DNA of 64,000 nucleotides from Lytechinus pictus (Eukaryota): NCBI RefSeq assembly GCF_037042905.1, contig NC_087252.1, positions 9,240,001 to 9,304,000 of the forward strand, read 5' to 3'. Shown piece by piece: positions 51,701 to 64,000 of this stretch (position 1 is its first letter; each line of letters starts with the position of its first letter). The notes under the pieces were generated by a model. It saw only the letters and a program-made list of their open reading frames with translations, ran no database searches and was not told where the DNA came from. The position numbers and the translations under genes were made by a program.

Positions 51701-52728
51701 TATCTAAAAAATCATTTGTCTTACTATGTGAACTATAATTAATTAAATTTATATTGAAGTCACCCATTATGTATATTTCTTTCTTTTCACTTCCCAATAT
51801 TTCCAGTATATTATTCATTGATACAATAAAATCAGACATGTCACTATTCGGTGGTCGATATATGCATGCTACAACGATTGATTTGTTACCATGAGTAATT
51901 TCAATAAAAACCATTTCGTAATTATTTGTTATACATGAAAGATCGCTACGTAGTGAATAATTAAAGTCATTTTTTATATACAATGCGACTCCACCGCCAA
52001 CTTTGTTCTGTCTACACAAGTGAACAAGATTATAGTTTGTAATATTATATAAATTTATATTTGTATTGAGATTAAACCAAGTCTCAGATACTGCCATAAC
52101 ACTAAAATTAAAATCGAGCGATGATAATAGTGCGTTAAAATGATCAAAATTTATCTGAAGACTTCTGGCATTGACATGAAAAAGTGAAAAGTTTAACTGA
52201 TCTTTTGCATGTTTAGTATAGAAATCTTCGCAAAACATATAATTACACTTTTCAGTAAAACCAGTTTCAAGGAAACTATCATCACTATCATCCGAATTGC
52301 CTTCTCGACAAGCATCAAGAATTCGCCAGTTTGCAAGCGGAAGTCTCCAAATAAGGAAGTAAAATGTGATACCAACCGAATTAATGGCAATTTAACCTCC
52401 ATCTGATACAATTATGTTACCTTTGTCTGCTTGATTTCTTTTTTGAAGCCTTGCAAAATGATCGTGCGAAAATTAAGGTCACACTTTTTTATGACACTTT
52501 TTCAGCCGAGCGCCCACTAGTCGATCACCGTGGAATTTTGAGATCGCGATACCAGCGAAACCCTTGACCTACTTTATAATTCCATCAAGCAAATTTAACT
52601 TTAGGATCTTGTCTTCCGTTTGGCATTCATGATTTTGATTAATTTTGTGTGAGCTGTGAGAAATGTTTGATTGAAAATCAACTTCATTATGATTTTTAAA
52701 ATCTGCGCAAATTATGGTCACCCCATCA
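48735..52728. mobile_element. TA-TSD (Tc1/mariner-like) non-autonomous element hosting a LINE
   Basis: TA|TGGTAGTGTGACCTTAATTCGCGCA ... TGCGCAAATTATGGTCACCCCATCA|TA. The empty site ATATTTACATTAAAC is at 16844-16858. Confidence 0.7.
48957..52256 (-). mobile_element. 5'-truncated LINE (L2/Crack-like); APE endonuclease-RT ORF2 broken by frameshifts
   Basis: Endonuclease motifs HVNARSL, SETW, IYRPP, MGDFN, SDHFP (50850-52238). RT motifs NYRPVALL, DLSKAFD, PQGSVLGP, FADDT (50077-50952). C-terminus at 49344-50165. (TTGAA)n tail at 48957-48977. Confidence 0.92.
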
Positions 52729-52825
52729 TACATTAAACAATTTGATCAAAATTCACAAAGGTGGTTTTGAAAACCCGCGGTTGAGTCCATGGTTTATGCA
52801 GATTTCCTGTATAAATTATGCTTAC

Positions 52826-53991
52826 CAACGAACGTAGAGGGCAGCAACACACAAGCGTGTTGCTCTAAGGAAGGTCAACTCCGCTCGAATTTTGTGACCA
52901 CTCTAAAAATTAAAGTGGGTTTTTTGGAAATTTATCGAGTTGATTTTTTTTCATTTGTTAATTTCAAATATTTTTTAATGAACAATTATTAGATCGGTTA
53001 TTGTGAATATAAATATTAAAGATATTACTTTTATTTTTAAAGAAAATATTTAGCTTAAATAATCATGATTTTGACATTTTTCCTCATTTTGGAATATTAA
53101 GTCTATGACAAGGATACCTCATATCTCTTATTTTCTTCTGCTGAATTTCGCTGCACCACTAATAAATGCATAGACAACCACCGTAATAATCGAGGTCATT
53201 TTTCTGGCCTGGGTGCGCCGAGTCTGGGCCGGTCGCGCAGCTAGCTAGTTCAGGCGACTCGTCATAGATCTTCTAGCAACTTAGACAATGACGTCTAATT
53301 TGCCTGGCCTGATTTGAAGTGTAATGGCTTCAGGGCTGATGTTTATCAACGATGATTGTTCAAGGTTAGATTTCAAATTTTAAATGTCATTTGACTTTTA
53401 AGTCTATAAATCTGAAATAAAGGCCCTGTATCCCCGAAATCCGGGTCTAAATTTCAACTCCGAGTCCGAGACCATGGCATGGACGGCGATAAAAACAACC
53501 CACGCATCGGATGCATTGCATTGGCTGCGCGCTGCGCTGCAGCTGCACTATGATGATGGATTCAGCGAAGAGCTCAGAGAAAATAAGGTGGTTATATTCA
53601 ATCCCGAAATGCTTTGCGAGTGGTCACAAAATCGTCTCGACGCAAATCACCTAATACAGCCGTCTGGTGAAATCGCTGATAACAACAATCACCGATTTGG
53701 TAATGATTCAGTTTCTAAAGCTTATATTTGTAAAGTTTAAAATATCAACGTATGTTTTCAAATGTATGTATATTCTCCCACATAATTTTTTAATGTTATC
53801 TTTGATATCGTTGTAGTCATATTCTTTCATATTGTTTTCGTGATCGCTACTAATTTGTTGTTGTATTTGATCGGCGTATGATTTCGTTGGCATAAATGAT
53901 AAAATATGCGCGTACCTCAGCTGCATGCGCGTATCGAGTTGACCTTCCTTAGAGCAACACGCTTGTGTGTTGCTGCCCTCTACGTTCGTTG
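52826..53991. mobile_element. 1.17-kb MITE (P/hAT-like), copy A, no TSD
   Basis: ~56-bp perfect TIR CAACGAACGTAGAGGGCAGCAACACACAAGCGTGTTGCTCTAAGGAAGGTCAACTC. The empty site is at ~16944. Confidence 0.85.
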
Positions 53992-54273
53992 TTTAGCACG
54001 TATCTGGCGCGTGTATAAAAAATGTCTAATTCTGATGCGCGCTTTTGTCGCAGTGCGCCAAATTGACGCCTGTTGCCGTGGTTATCAACGCTATTTTATT
54101 CATGAGGCTACTGTTTTTATTCATGAGTCCACTCTTCAAACGGTGGACTCGTGAATAAGATAACCACAGCAACATGCGTCAATTTGGCGCACTGTGACAA
54201 AAGTGCGCATCAGCATTGGACATATTTTGATATACGCGGTAAAATAAGCCTAATTTATACAGGAAGTCTCCAC

Positions 54274-55473
54274 CAACGAACGTAGAGGGCAGCAACACAC
54301 AAGCGTGTTGCTCTAAGGAAGGTCAACTCGATACGCGCATGCAGCTGAGGTACGCGCATATTTTATCATTTATGCCAACGAAATCATACGCCGATCAAAT
54401 ACAACAACAAATTAGTAGCGATCACGAAAACAATATGAAAGAATATGACTACAACGATATCAAAGATAACATTAAAAAATTATGTTGGAGAATATACATA
54501 CATTTGAAAACATACGTTGATAATTTTAAACTTTACAAATATAAGCTTTAGAAACTGAATCATTACCAAATCGGTGATTGTTGTTATCAGCGATTTCACC
54601 AGACGGCTGTATTAGGTGATTTGCGTCGAGACGATTTTGTGACCACTCGCAAAGCATTTCGGGATTGAATATGACCACCTTATTTTCTCTGAGCTCTTCG
54701 CTGAATCCATCATCATAGTGCAGCTGCAGCGCAGCGCGCAGCCAATGCAATGCATCCGATGCGTGGGCTGTTTTTTATCGCCGTCCATGCCATGGTCTCG
54801 GACTCGGAGTTGAAATTTAGACCCGGATTTCGGGGATACAGGGCCTTTATTTCAGATTTATAGACTTAAAAGTCAAATGACATTTAAAATTTGAAATCTA
54901 ACCTTGAACAATCATCGTTGATAAACATCAGCCCTGAAGCCATTACACTTCAAATCAGGCCAGGCAAATTAGACGTCATTGTCTAAGTTGCTAAAAGATC
55001 TATGACGAGTCGCCTGAAGCCCCAGCGCATCATCAGCGTCACTAGCTAGCTAGCTGCGCGACCGGCCCAGACTCGGCGCACCCAGGCCAGAAAAATGACC
55101 TCGATTATTACGGTGGTTGTCTATGCATTTATTAGTGGTGCAGCGAAATTCAGCAGAAGAAAATAAGAGATATGAGGTATCCTCGTCACGTCATAGACTT
55201 AATATTCCAAAATGAGGAAAAATTTCAAAATCATGATTATTTAAGCTAAATATTTTCTTTAAAAATAAAAGTAATATCTTTTATTTTTATACCCAGAATA
55301 ACCGATCTAATAATTGTTCATTAAAAAATATTTGAAATTAACAAATGAAAAAAAATCAACTCGATAAATTTCCCAAAACCCCACCTTATTTTTTAGAGTG
55401 GTCACAAAATTCGAGCGGAGTTGACCTTCCTTAGAGCAACACGCTTGTGTGTTGCTGCCCTCTACGTTCGTTG
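54274..55473. mobile_element. 1.2-kb MITE (P/hAT-like), copy B, inverted relative to copy A
   Basis: Same TIR; perfect 8-bp TSD GTCTCCAC (54266-54273, 55474-55481). Confidence 0.9.
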
Positions 55474-56031
55474 GTCTCCACAAACCATGGACTCAACTAG
55501 GGTTTTAAAAACCACCTTTTCGAATTCGGGCCATTGACTATTGCTCTCAAGAGGGGGGGGGGGGGGGCACAGGTCCATTGTGCCCATCTGGATCCACTAC
55601 TGTAATTGTCAATACCAAGAAAATCATATTTTTATCAATTAATTGATTACCTTTTGAAAACTGCTGCTCTGGAAATATGATTTCAGATCATTCTTTTTTC
55701 TATTAGATAATTTTCTCTTGAATATCTACATGATTGATGATCCAAACACGTTACGCAGCAGAGTAACTGTGTTATATTGATCTATATATTTCAAGCATGC
55801 ACACACAGAAAATCTTGGGTGGGGGAATTTTATTTCTGTGACATCAATGTCAAACGTATTCCCGAGTGAATTTGCTGCATATGTTGAAATAAAAATGATA
55901 ATGATGCTGTATATCAGTGAATCATTGAATTTTTGAGCTTAAAGGAAGTTTTACTATATTAGTATTATATTTTTGTTTGTATCTGCACATGCATATTTTC
56001 CAACACTCAAATTGATTTTATTTCATTTAAG

Positions 56032-56145
56032 ATTGGACGACGGATACACTAGATAATGTAGATGGTCCAGGATTATTAGGGAAGGATACTACAGGTGCTG
56101 AACACAGAAGACCGTTTACAAGAAAACAACTTGAGTTTGTGAAAG
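56032..56145 (+). CDS. Paralog of exon 18207-18323
   Basis: Same splice sites; one 3-nt in-frame deletion, two synonymous and two missense changes. Confidence 0.45.
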
Positions 56146-57524
56146 GTAATTGTGTAAGAATTCACTTTCTTAAAAAAAATTGCAAAGCTTCATTAGATAA
56201 AACAGATTGTACTCCTGCAGTGGCATAGCTGAAAAAAAACTTGTGAGGAATGGTAAAAATCCTGAAAAAGGCCAAATGTCATCCCTATTTATAGGAGTAC
56301 ACATCCTTTCTAACACCCCCCCCCCCCGGAAAAAAATCGATATGCTGGCGGGGGGAGGTGGACTTTTTGGCCCCAGGTATGCATGTGGTATGGTATTTGT
56401 CATCATTTGGGCAACTTCCCATTTAATATAACAGGTTATTTTCTGCTCATCTATGGTTAAACATGAATTTATTTATCACATTGTACAAAATGTTTTGTTG
56501 ATATTTGTTAATTGGTACTATTCAATTGAAGGGTGGTGTATAATGCAAATTTCTCGATATTTTAGAAAAAATATATGAATTTCTCAAGAAAGCTTGCACA
56601 CATTGATTGATTGATGTTTGATGTTTTGAACATGTAGCTGACATAAACAAAAAGACTTATTTGTTCAGATAACATAATGTACAATATATAAGAAATTTAA
56701 TATTCAACCCGTTATCGTTATCATTTTCATTTCTACTCTCTAAAGTCGTTTTAAAATCTCCTTGATAGTGAAGTCAATGCAGCAACAAATAGGTCGGTCT
56801 GATCCGTTTTGTTAACGTAACTGGGAGCTGTCCCGCCTTATCCCTTTCTTTCTTTTCCTTAAAACATCTGATATTGCTGTACATACTCCGTTTACATTTT
56901 CTATTACCAATGGTTGGATTTAGCAATGGAAAAACATCCACTTTTTAAAAAAGAGCTAAATCTTTAGAGGAATAAAACGTTATTATCGGCCGTTTTAATT
57001 ATCACATTTTTTGTTTCTTCCTATTTTATTCGAGGAGAATATTGAACGATTCATATTTTTTGTGAGAAGTTATATATATATAATAATGATAAGCATAACA
57101 ATGTCAATCATTTCTTTAAAAATGGTTTTGGTTGTAAAAAGACAAACGGATATAAACCGTTATTTACCTGATCTTAAGTTTATGAAGAGAGAGTTTGGCT
57201 GCAGAAGAAATGCAAATGATATGATTACAACGGTTATTTTTGAAAAATAATCATAATGATGATGACTCTGATGACAATAACATTAATAATAAGAAGAAGA
57301 AGAAGGCGAAGGAGAATAATAATGATAACAGTAATAAAAATAACAATAATAAAAATAATTATTATGATGATAGTAATACTAATAAGATATAATAACAATA
57401 ATAATAATTATAATAACAATAAATGAAAAATAAATTATGAATGTACTTATAAAGAGAACAATTTTGTGAGGATGTTAATAAAACCAAAGTATAAGACCTC
57501 TCTCCCGCCCCCCAACACCCCCCC

Positions 57525-59020
57525 AAAAAAAAAGTTCTTATGAGTATGGTTTGACTCGAAACTGACTTCGTGAAAACACATAAACGAAGTAGTAGCAGAA
57601 TGTAAAAAAGGACTCAATCTTTTAAAATGTATAGCTGGAACCGATTGGGACCAAAAATCTGACATATTATTTTTGGTGTATAAAGGTTTAATTAGATCAG
57701 TAATGGACTACGGTTGCGAGGCCAATGACGGAGCTTGTGGTAATCTGAAAAAGAAATTAGACTCTATTCAATATCAAGCCTTAAAAATCATCACGGGAGC
57801 AGCACACCAAACATCTTTAAATGCTTTACAAGTGGAATGCAATGAAATTTCACTACAGGCGCGAAGAAGTATTTTTGTAGATAAATATAATTACTACCTA
57901 AAGTTGGCAAAAGAAACGCATCCCACAAAAAGAATGTTATTGCAATGTTTGCAGTACAAAATAATTACAGGAAAAACAGGAGAAGGTCCGTTTGTCAAGA
58001 GGATAAGAAATCAAATAAATGATGATATTGAAAAACAGGTAGACTGTGCTCCAAGAAGACCTTTTTGGCGCTACAAAACACCAAATGTTTCTACGATTAT
58101 CAAAGAACATATTAATAAGAAATTCACACCGATAGAGTCTAAAACGTATGCTAATTAAATAATTACTAAGAAATGGTCTCATGTCCTCAGAATCTATACA
58201 GATGCTTTTAGGTTAAAAGATGAAAGAACATGTTCAGCTTTCTACATACCGAAGTTACAAGTAAGAAAAAAGTTCAGATTACGTAAAGTAAACATTATGA
58301 GAGCTGAATTGTCAGCGATTATTATGGCCTTAGAATGGGTAGAGGAATATTTTCCAATAGCAGTAGTAATTTTATCTGACTCAAGTTCTGCTTTAGAAGC
58401 CATAAAAATTTCCAGGAAAGTAGTATGATAGTTGAAATATATGAAAAACTAATGATAATAAACAGATTTGGAATAGAAGTGAATTTCGAATGGGTACCAG
58501 CACACTGTGGCCTAGCAGGCAATGAGGAAGCAGACGATTTAGCCAAACAAGCGGCTTCAAAAAGTAACATTGATGTTTACATTAACAAAAATAAAAAAGA
58601 ATACTTGAGTGAAAGGTCAGATTTTTATAAAAATGAATGGCAGAGTTCACGGGAAAACACGGAAAAAGGCAGGCACCTTTTAACATACAACCAGAGGTGA
58701 AATATAAATGTATTATAACAGGTTTTTGCATGAAAGATGAACGAATATTGCATCAATTCCGTCTTAGTAAATGCAGATTAAATTATTATAATTATATAAT
58801 GAAAAAACACGATACAGGACTTTGTAAAAATTGTCAAACTCATGAAACCATAGAGCATTTCATGTTATTTTGTCCTTTATATGCCAGACAAAGGGATCGA
58901 CCTTATCGCAAATTGAAAGTTACGAACCCGAACCTAACAACTATATTCGCCAAAGAATAAAATTTTCCGGCCATTTTAGCCTTTATAAAAGGCAGCGGAA
59001 AATATAACCAACTGTAGAGA
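57525..59020 (+). mobile_element. 3' fragment of an I-clade (I/Nimb-like) non-LTR retrotransposon with RNase H, decayed
   Basis: YKGLIRSVMDYG, LDSIQYQALKIITGA, RNase H motifs IYTD and WVPAHCGLAGNEEADDLAK, and CCHC knuckle CKNC..ETIEHF..C. Stops and frameshifts are present. Confidence 0.88.
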
Positions 59021-59059
59021 ATATATAAACATACTTATATGTGCATGCACTAATACATT

Positions 59060-62000
59060 ACAGAATGTAAGTTAAAGAATGTAAGTTATGCTTAGTTAAT
59101 ACCAGATCAGTGTGTAACAAGACAGATATTGTTATTGATCACCTAATTGAACATGATATCGACATAATGTGTTTAACAGAGACGTGGTTATCAGACACAG
59201 AAAAACATAAAAAGACAATTGGTGAATTAACACCACCTGGATTTAATCTAATTCATGTACCCCGCTCCATTCGTAGCGGTGGAGGAGTTGCCATTATACA
59301 CCATTCTTCAATCAAGAGTACATTTGTGCAAATGGTACACACTGCATCCAGTTTTGAGAGTATGAGTGTTTCTATGAAGTTTGATGGAACAAAATTTCCT
59401 ATCATGATTGTTATCTATAGACCACCATATAGTCAAAAGAATAGAGTGGGTTTTAATGTCTTTTTTGATGAATTTTCTGATTTTCTAACATCCTTATTGT
59501 CAACTTCAAGTAAGTTAATTGTTGTTGGTGATTTTAATATTCACTGGGATAATCCTGCTAATCAAGAGAACAAAAAGTTTTGTGACTTACTCGAGTCTTT
59601 CAACTTAAAACAGCACGTAAATAAATCTACTCATGAAACTGGTCACATTATAGATTTTGTGATTACGTGTACTGATGATAAGCTTATCAGAGCTCTGGAG
59701 GTGTCATCTTTTCTCACTGACCATGCTGCAATACACTGTAATTTGAAATTAACTAAACCTATGAGAAACAGAAAGGTTATTTCATACAGGAAGCTCAAAG
59801 CCATTGATCATGAAAAGTTGGCTGTTGATATTCTTGCTTCAGATCTTCTCTTACATCCTACTTCTGATGTCAATACTCTTGTCAATCAATATGATCCTAG
59901 TCTCCAGTCTATCTTGGACAAACATGCTCCATTAACAAAAAGTAAAGTAACAATCCGACCGAGGAATGTCTGGTATACAGCTGACATAGCGGAAGCAAAA
60001 CGGTTGCGCAAACGACTTGAGCGTCGTTGGCGAGCTGAGAGAACAGACGTAAATAAAGAAAATTTTACTAAACAGCGCCTCTTAGTTTGGCATATGATAA
60101 AAGATGCCAAAGCAAAGTACTTGAAGGAACAGCTGTCCAATTGTAAAGATAGTGGAAAGTTTTTCAGAGTTATTGATAGTGCTCTCCATCAAAAGAACAA
60201 ACCAAAAATTGCCGGAACATATATCTCAATTAGACCTCCCAGAACGTTTCAGTAATTTCCTTGTATCAAAAATATCCACTATCCGGGATAATTTAGACTC
60301 AATGCAGGGTACCTTATCTCATAGTGTTGAAGAATGTGACTCCTCACATACATATGCAGCCACTCCTATAATGAAAACACTTGAATTGACAACTGATAAA
60401 GAAGTTAAGAACATTGTGACCTCTTATCCTGCTAAATCGTGCTCATTAGATCCAGTTCCAACCTGGATCCTTAAGAAACATATGAATCTGTTGCTTCCAG
60501 TATTCACAAAAATTATCAACATTTCTCTTGAAACTGGTAATTTTCCTCATAATAATAATAATAATAATAATCCGTTTTTATATAGCGCTTAATCCATCGG
60601 AACGACGTGTCTAAGCGCTTTACAGATATATTATTACCCCGGTCATCGGATTCAATCAGTCATTCCCGCACACAATGTGTGCACATCCTCCACTCCCTGG
60701 GGAGTATTCCAGTCAGTCGCTGGTGAGGCGCACACAGTACTGGACAAGCTAAAATGACTTTCACATCCTACCGGGTACCCATTTAGCACCTGTGTCGAGA
60801 GTGGCAAAGTGTGGATTAACGCCTTGCCAAAGGACGCCAGACCTCGGTGGGATTCGAACACACGACCCTCTGTTTACAAGGCGAGAGTCAGAACCACTAC
60901 ACCACGGCTCCTCCACATGATTTCAAGCAAGCACTTGTCACTCCTCTCTTGAAAAATTCATCGTTAGACTCGGAGGAATTAAAAAAATATAGACCTGTCT
61001 CGAATTTAAAGTTTGTGTCAAAGATATTAGAAAAGGTTGTGGCTGTGCGTCTCACTGACCATTTTTTGGATAATGAATTGTTTGAACCTTTTCAATCTGC
61101 ATATAGGAAATGTCATGGGGTAGAAACTGATTTGGTTCGTGTATTAAATGATAGTCTTCGTGCTGTTGATGACAAGAAGGCTGTTTTCCTCCTTCTGCTG
61201 GATCTTTCGTTTGAAATATTGTGGCATAGGAGGAGTTGTTCTTGATTGGTTTTCATCTTATCTTCATGATAGATCACAGGAAGATTGGTTAAAATATGTC
61301 ATCTCCTGTTAAACTTCCTTTCGGAGTGCCCCAAGGTTCGGTCATCGGGCCGTTGTTTTTTGCCATCTATTCCAGTCCTCTGGCAAAAATTGCGCATAAA
61401 CATGGCATAAACATTCATATGTATGCGGATGATACACAGTTGTATGTGTCGTTTGATCCAACTGACCCTGCTAGTGAGTTGTCTGCCAGGCTTCGTTTAC
61501 AAATACAATAGATGATATGCGGTCATGGATGCTAGATAATAAGTTGAAATTAAATGAAAGTAAAACAGAGTTGTTGATTATTAGTTCTAAATCACAAAGT
61601 CATTTGATTAAGGACCGGACTATACAGGTTGGGGACTCCTTATTGTCATCAGTTCGTAATCTCGGTGTCGTATTTGACGAAAATATGTCTATGGATGCAC
61701 ATGTAAAGAAAATATGTCAATCAGTATACTATAATATTCATAATGTTAACAGCATTAGGAAAGTCCTTGACCATAAGTCGGCTGCTATGCTTATACACTC
61801 ATTTGTACTATCTCGATTAGATGTTGGAAATGCTCTTCTTTTTAATATAACCTCTCGCAATGTTAACAAACTTCAGTATACAGCTGCCAGGGTTTTAACT
61901 GGTACGTCAAAATATCAACACATCTCTCCAATTCTCCAAAAGTTACACTGGTTGCCGATCCGGAAGCATATAGAATTTAAAATACTTCTTCTCACTTGGA

Positions 62001-62370
62001 AAGTGTTAAATGGTTTGGCACCAAAATATCTACAAGACCTTGTCACGCCTTATGCACCAGCTCGTAGCTTGAGATCATCAAACCAGCAACTTCTTAAGAC
62101 TCCTAAGACACGTGTAGCATATGGTGCTCGAGCTTTCTCTGCCTCAGCACCTTCTCTTTGGAATAATTTTCCATTAAATTTAAGAATTATACAATCACTG
62201 GAGACCTTCAAATCCTAATTGAAGTCTTATCTTTTCTAACAGTATTAGTTATTGGCACTTTGACACTCATCCAAACTTTCTCATTCTTTCTTTTCTTGTG
62301 CGCCTCGGAATAGAATATTTCTAGATAGATGGCGCTATATAAATGCCTATTATTATTATAATTATTATTA
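59060..62370 (+). mobile_element. L2-clade LINE, 5'-truncated and decayed, interrupted by a SINE
   Basis: Endonuclease motifs CLTETWL, IYRPP, VGDFN, TDH. RT motifs [35 protein letters not shown]. 3' end GCGCTATATAAATG followed by (TAT)n. Confidence 0.92.
60551..60911 (-). mobile_element. tRNA-derived SINE with conserved core and L2-like tail
   Basis: Head GGAGCCGTGGTGTAGTGG...GTTCGAATCCC, core CCTTTGGCAAGGC...AAATGGGTACCC, tail GCGCTATATAAA..(ATT)n. TSD TCCTCAT/TCCACAT. Confidence 0.9.
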
Positions 62371-63265
62371 CATGTGAATACCTATATATGAGGCTGGTTA
62401 CTGGTTATGTCGCACTATAATGTATATATGTAAATAGGGAGGGGAAAAAAGAGAATTAAAAAAAAAAAAAAATTCATATCTGGAGATTCTATTGGGTATT
62501 CCATATAAATACCATTTTCTTTCTTCTTCTGTTTCAATATTTTTACTGGTTTTTTTTTAATAAACCGAAGATATGGAGTAAGGAGCGCTTATAAATGCTT
62601 TCGAAAGACACAATATTAAAACCAATAAACTAACACCCACATCCATGAAAGGAAAACATAAGCAACGAGTATCAACTGTTAAATCTAACAAACGATGTTT
62701 AAACAAAATACTCATAAGATTTGAATACTACACAACGCCTTTCCTCGGTGAATCTCACGAACGACGAGAGCTGTACAGGGGAGGGTGGAATCCCTCTCGC
62801 TTAGCCTGGCGGAAATCATCGTATATCGATGGATAGCGCCACCTCCACACTAAATCAACCAACCAACCGGCATGCTAAAGACCCGATCGATAGCTCATGA
62901 ATATTCATATAACAATAGCGAATTGGCGAGTAGCGTTGGGTGAGATACATTGTACAGCACTGTTATTGGTCAATTCCGAGCTGAATGCCTTCGCAAACTC
63001 ACCTTTGCTCTACCCATAGAAGTACGTGTATTGCTACACACAACCGTTATAAAACATGTGTCTATGGGGGAAATCTTGATTCAGATCGCGACAATATCCG
63101 AAAGCAACTCTCAAAATACTGATGCAAAAATACCATTTTACTCAATAAATGTCAATGTAAACCACTATTTTTGATATGATAAAATCAATTGTGGACTCCT
63201 TTCCAGTAGAACAACATGAAAAACACAAAATATGGGGTTTATTTTTTGGCTGTAAATTTGGTTAA

Positions 63266-63656
63266 AGGTAAATGCTAGTTTTGGTAACGTTATCAAAATG
63301 AGTTCGTACAGAATCCAATGAAATGACCACAAAAGTGTCTGTTTGTATAAATAAATCATATGTGCCAAAGGATTCTGGAAGAAATTGTGTAATTGCTGAG
63401 AAATCAGCAAATAAGCACAGGATTCGGGTCAAGCGTCGGGCACGACATTCAAAGCAATGATTATACACTGTCCCACGTGCGCTTATCTGTGTTGGCGATC
63501 TTCAGTGTGAACATTTTTCAGCGTAGATTTCAAGATTTCACAAAGTTCAGTTTATGTAGCTGTACCAGATATAGATCCTCGATGATATACTGACAAGCTT
63601 TATTTTACAGACTTTCTCATGAAATCAGTGTTTAATGCAATTACTGGCATTTCTCT
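63266..63656. mobile_element. Kolobok-like MITE
   Basis: TTAA|AGGTAAATGCTAGT ... ACTGGCATTTCTCT|TTAA. Confidence 0.75.
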
Positions 63657-64000
63657 TTAAACAAAAACAAGTTATTTGGGCAACTATAGGTGCCAATGGC
63701 ATTATAGAGTTAAGGGCACGTATAGCTGCCAACGGCACTTAAAGAGTTAATCAGTGGAAGCAAATACTACATCGCTTTTTAATTTGCATTACATGGATAT
63801 GAAATTGGTCATAAGACACGATAGTTTAATTCAACAAGTTTCAACACCCAACAAAATTTATATTATTGAAACTATGTTTGGCAATTACAACTGTCATAAA
63901 TCAAATTAATCAGGGCAAGTAAAATTGATTACTCCACATTTGCACGTACGCCATTAAGTGTAAGAACAAGTTTTTCCGACCTTGGACTTTACTACATGTA

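Larger units (their letters stand above)
24769..56644. mobile_element. CACTA/EnSpm-like element, copy 2, split by nested insertions; right end not seen
   Basis: 24769-27388 matches 12119-14926; 45525-47337 matches ~14930-16333; ~48255-48734 matches ~16334-16850; 52731-56644 (minus inserts) matches ~16851-18823. Confidence 0.75.

Noticed and set aside
49344..52238. Active LINE or domesticated reverse transcriptase
   Set aside because: It is 5'-truncated, lacks ORF1 and has at least two frameshifts, although both lie at homopolymer runs and could be sequencing errors.
53474..54750. Duplicated short ORFs as toxin-antitoxin or transposase genes
   Set aside because: They are mirrored only because of the inverted MITE pair and show no recognisable motifs.

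Overview
AT-rich eukaryotic (animal) genomic DNA. The SINE, LINE and MITE repertoire resembles a marine invertebrate such as a sea urchin; this is inference, not a determination. There is one convincing intact protein gene: a 336-aa helical, coiled-coil protein with a central hydrophobic hairpin (6821-7831), resembling ClyA/HBL/Nhe-type alpha pore-forming toxins. It has a TATA/Inr promoter, a non-coding exon 1 and a 5'UTR intron. A diverged copy of that promoter and exon 1, preceded by a cluster of NF-kB-like sites, lies at ~22.3-22.8 kb with no coding exon in the window. Intron 1 holds a (TA)n-embedded, Penelope-like inverted element carrying a full tRNA cloverleaf with a UCA anticodon. The rest is a transposon nest. 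A ~10-kb CACTA/EnSpm-like element (12119-22235) has a second copy starting at 24769 that is inflated to >30 kb by nested insertions: an AT-TSD element containing a foldback element, a solo LTR and an 11-kb Kolobok-like element; an interstitial (CCCTAA)n tract; a TA-TSD element containing a Crack/L2 LINE; and an inverted pair of 1.2-kb MITEs. Decayed I-clade (RNase H) and L2 LINEs and SINEs follow. All alignments were made by eye, and family names need confirmation.
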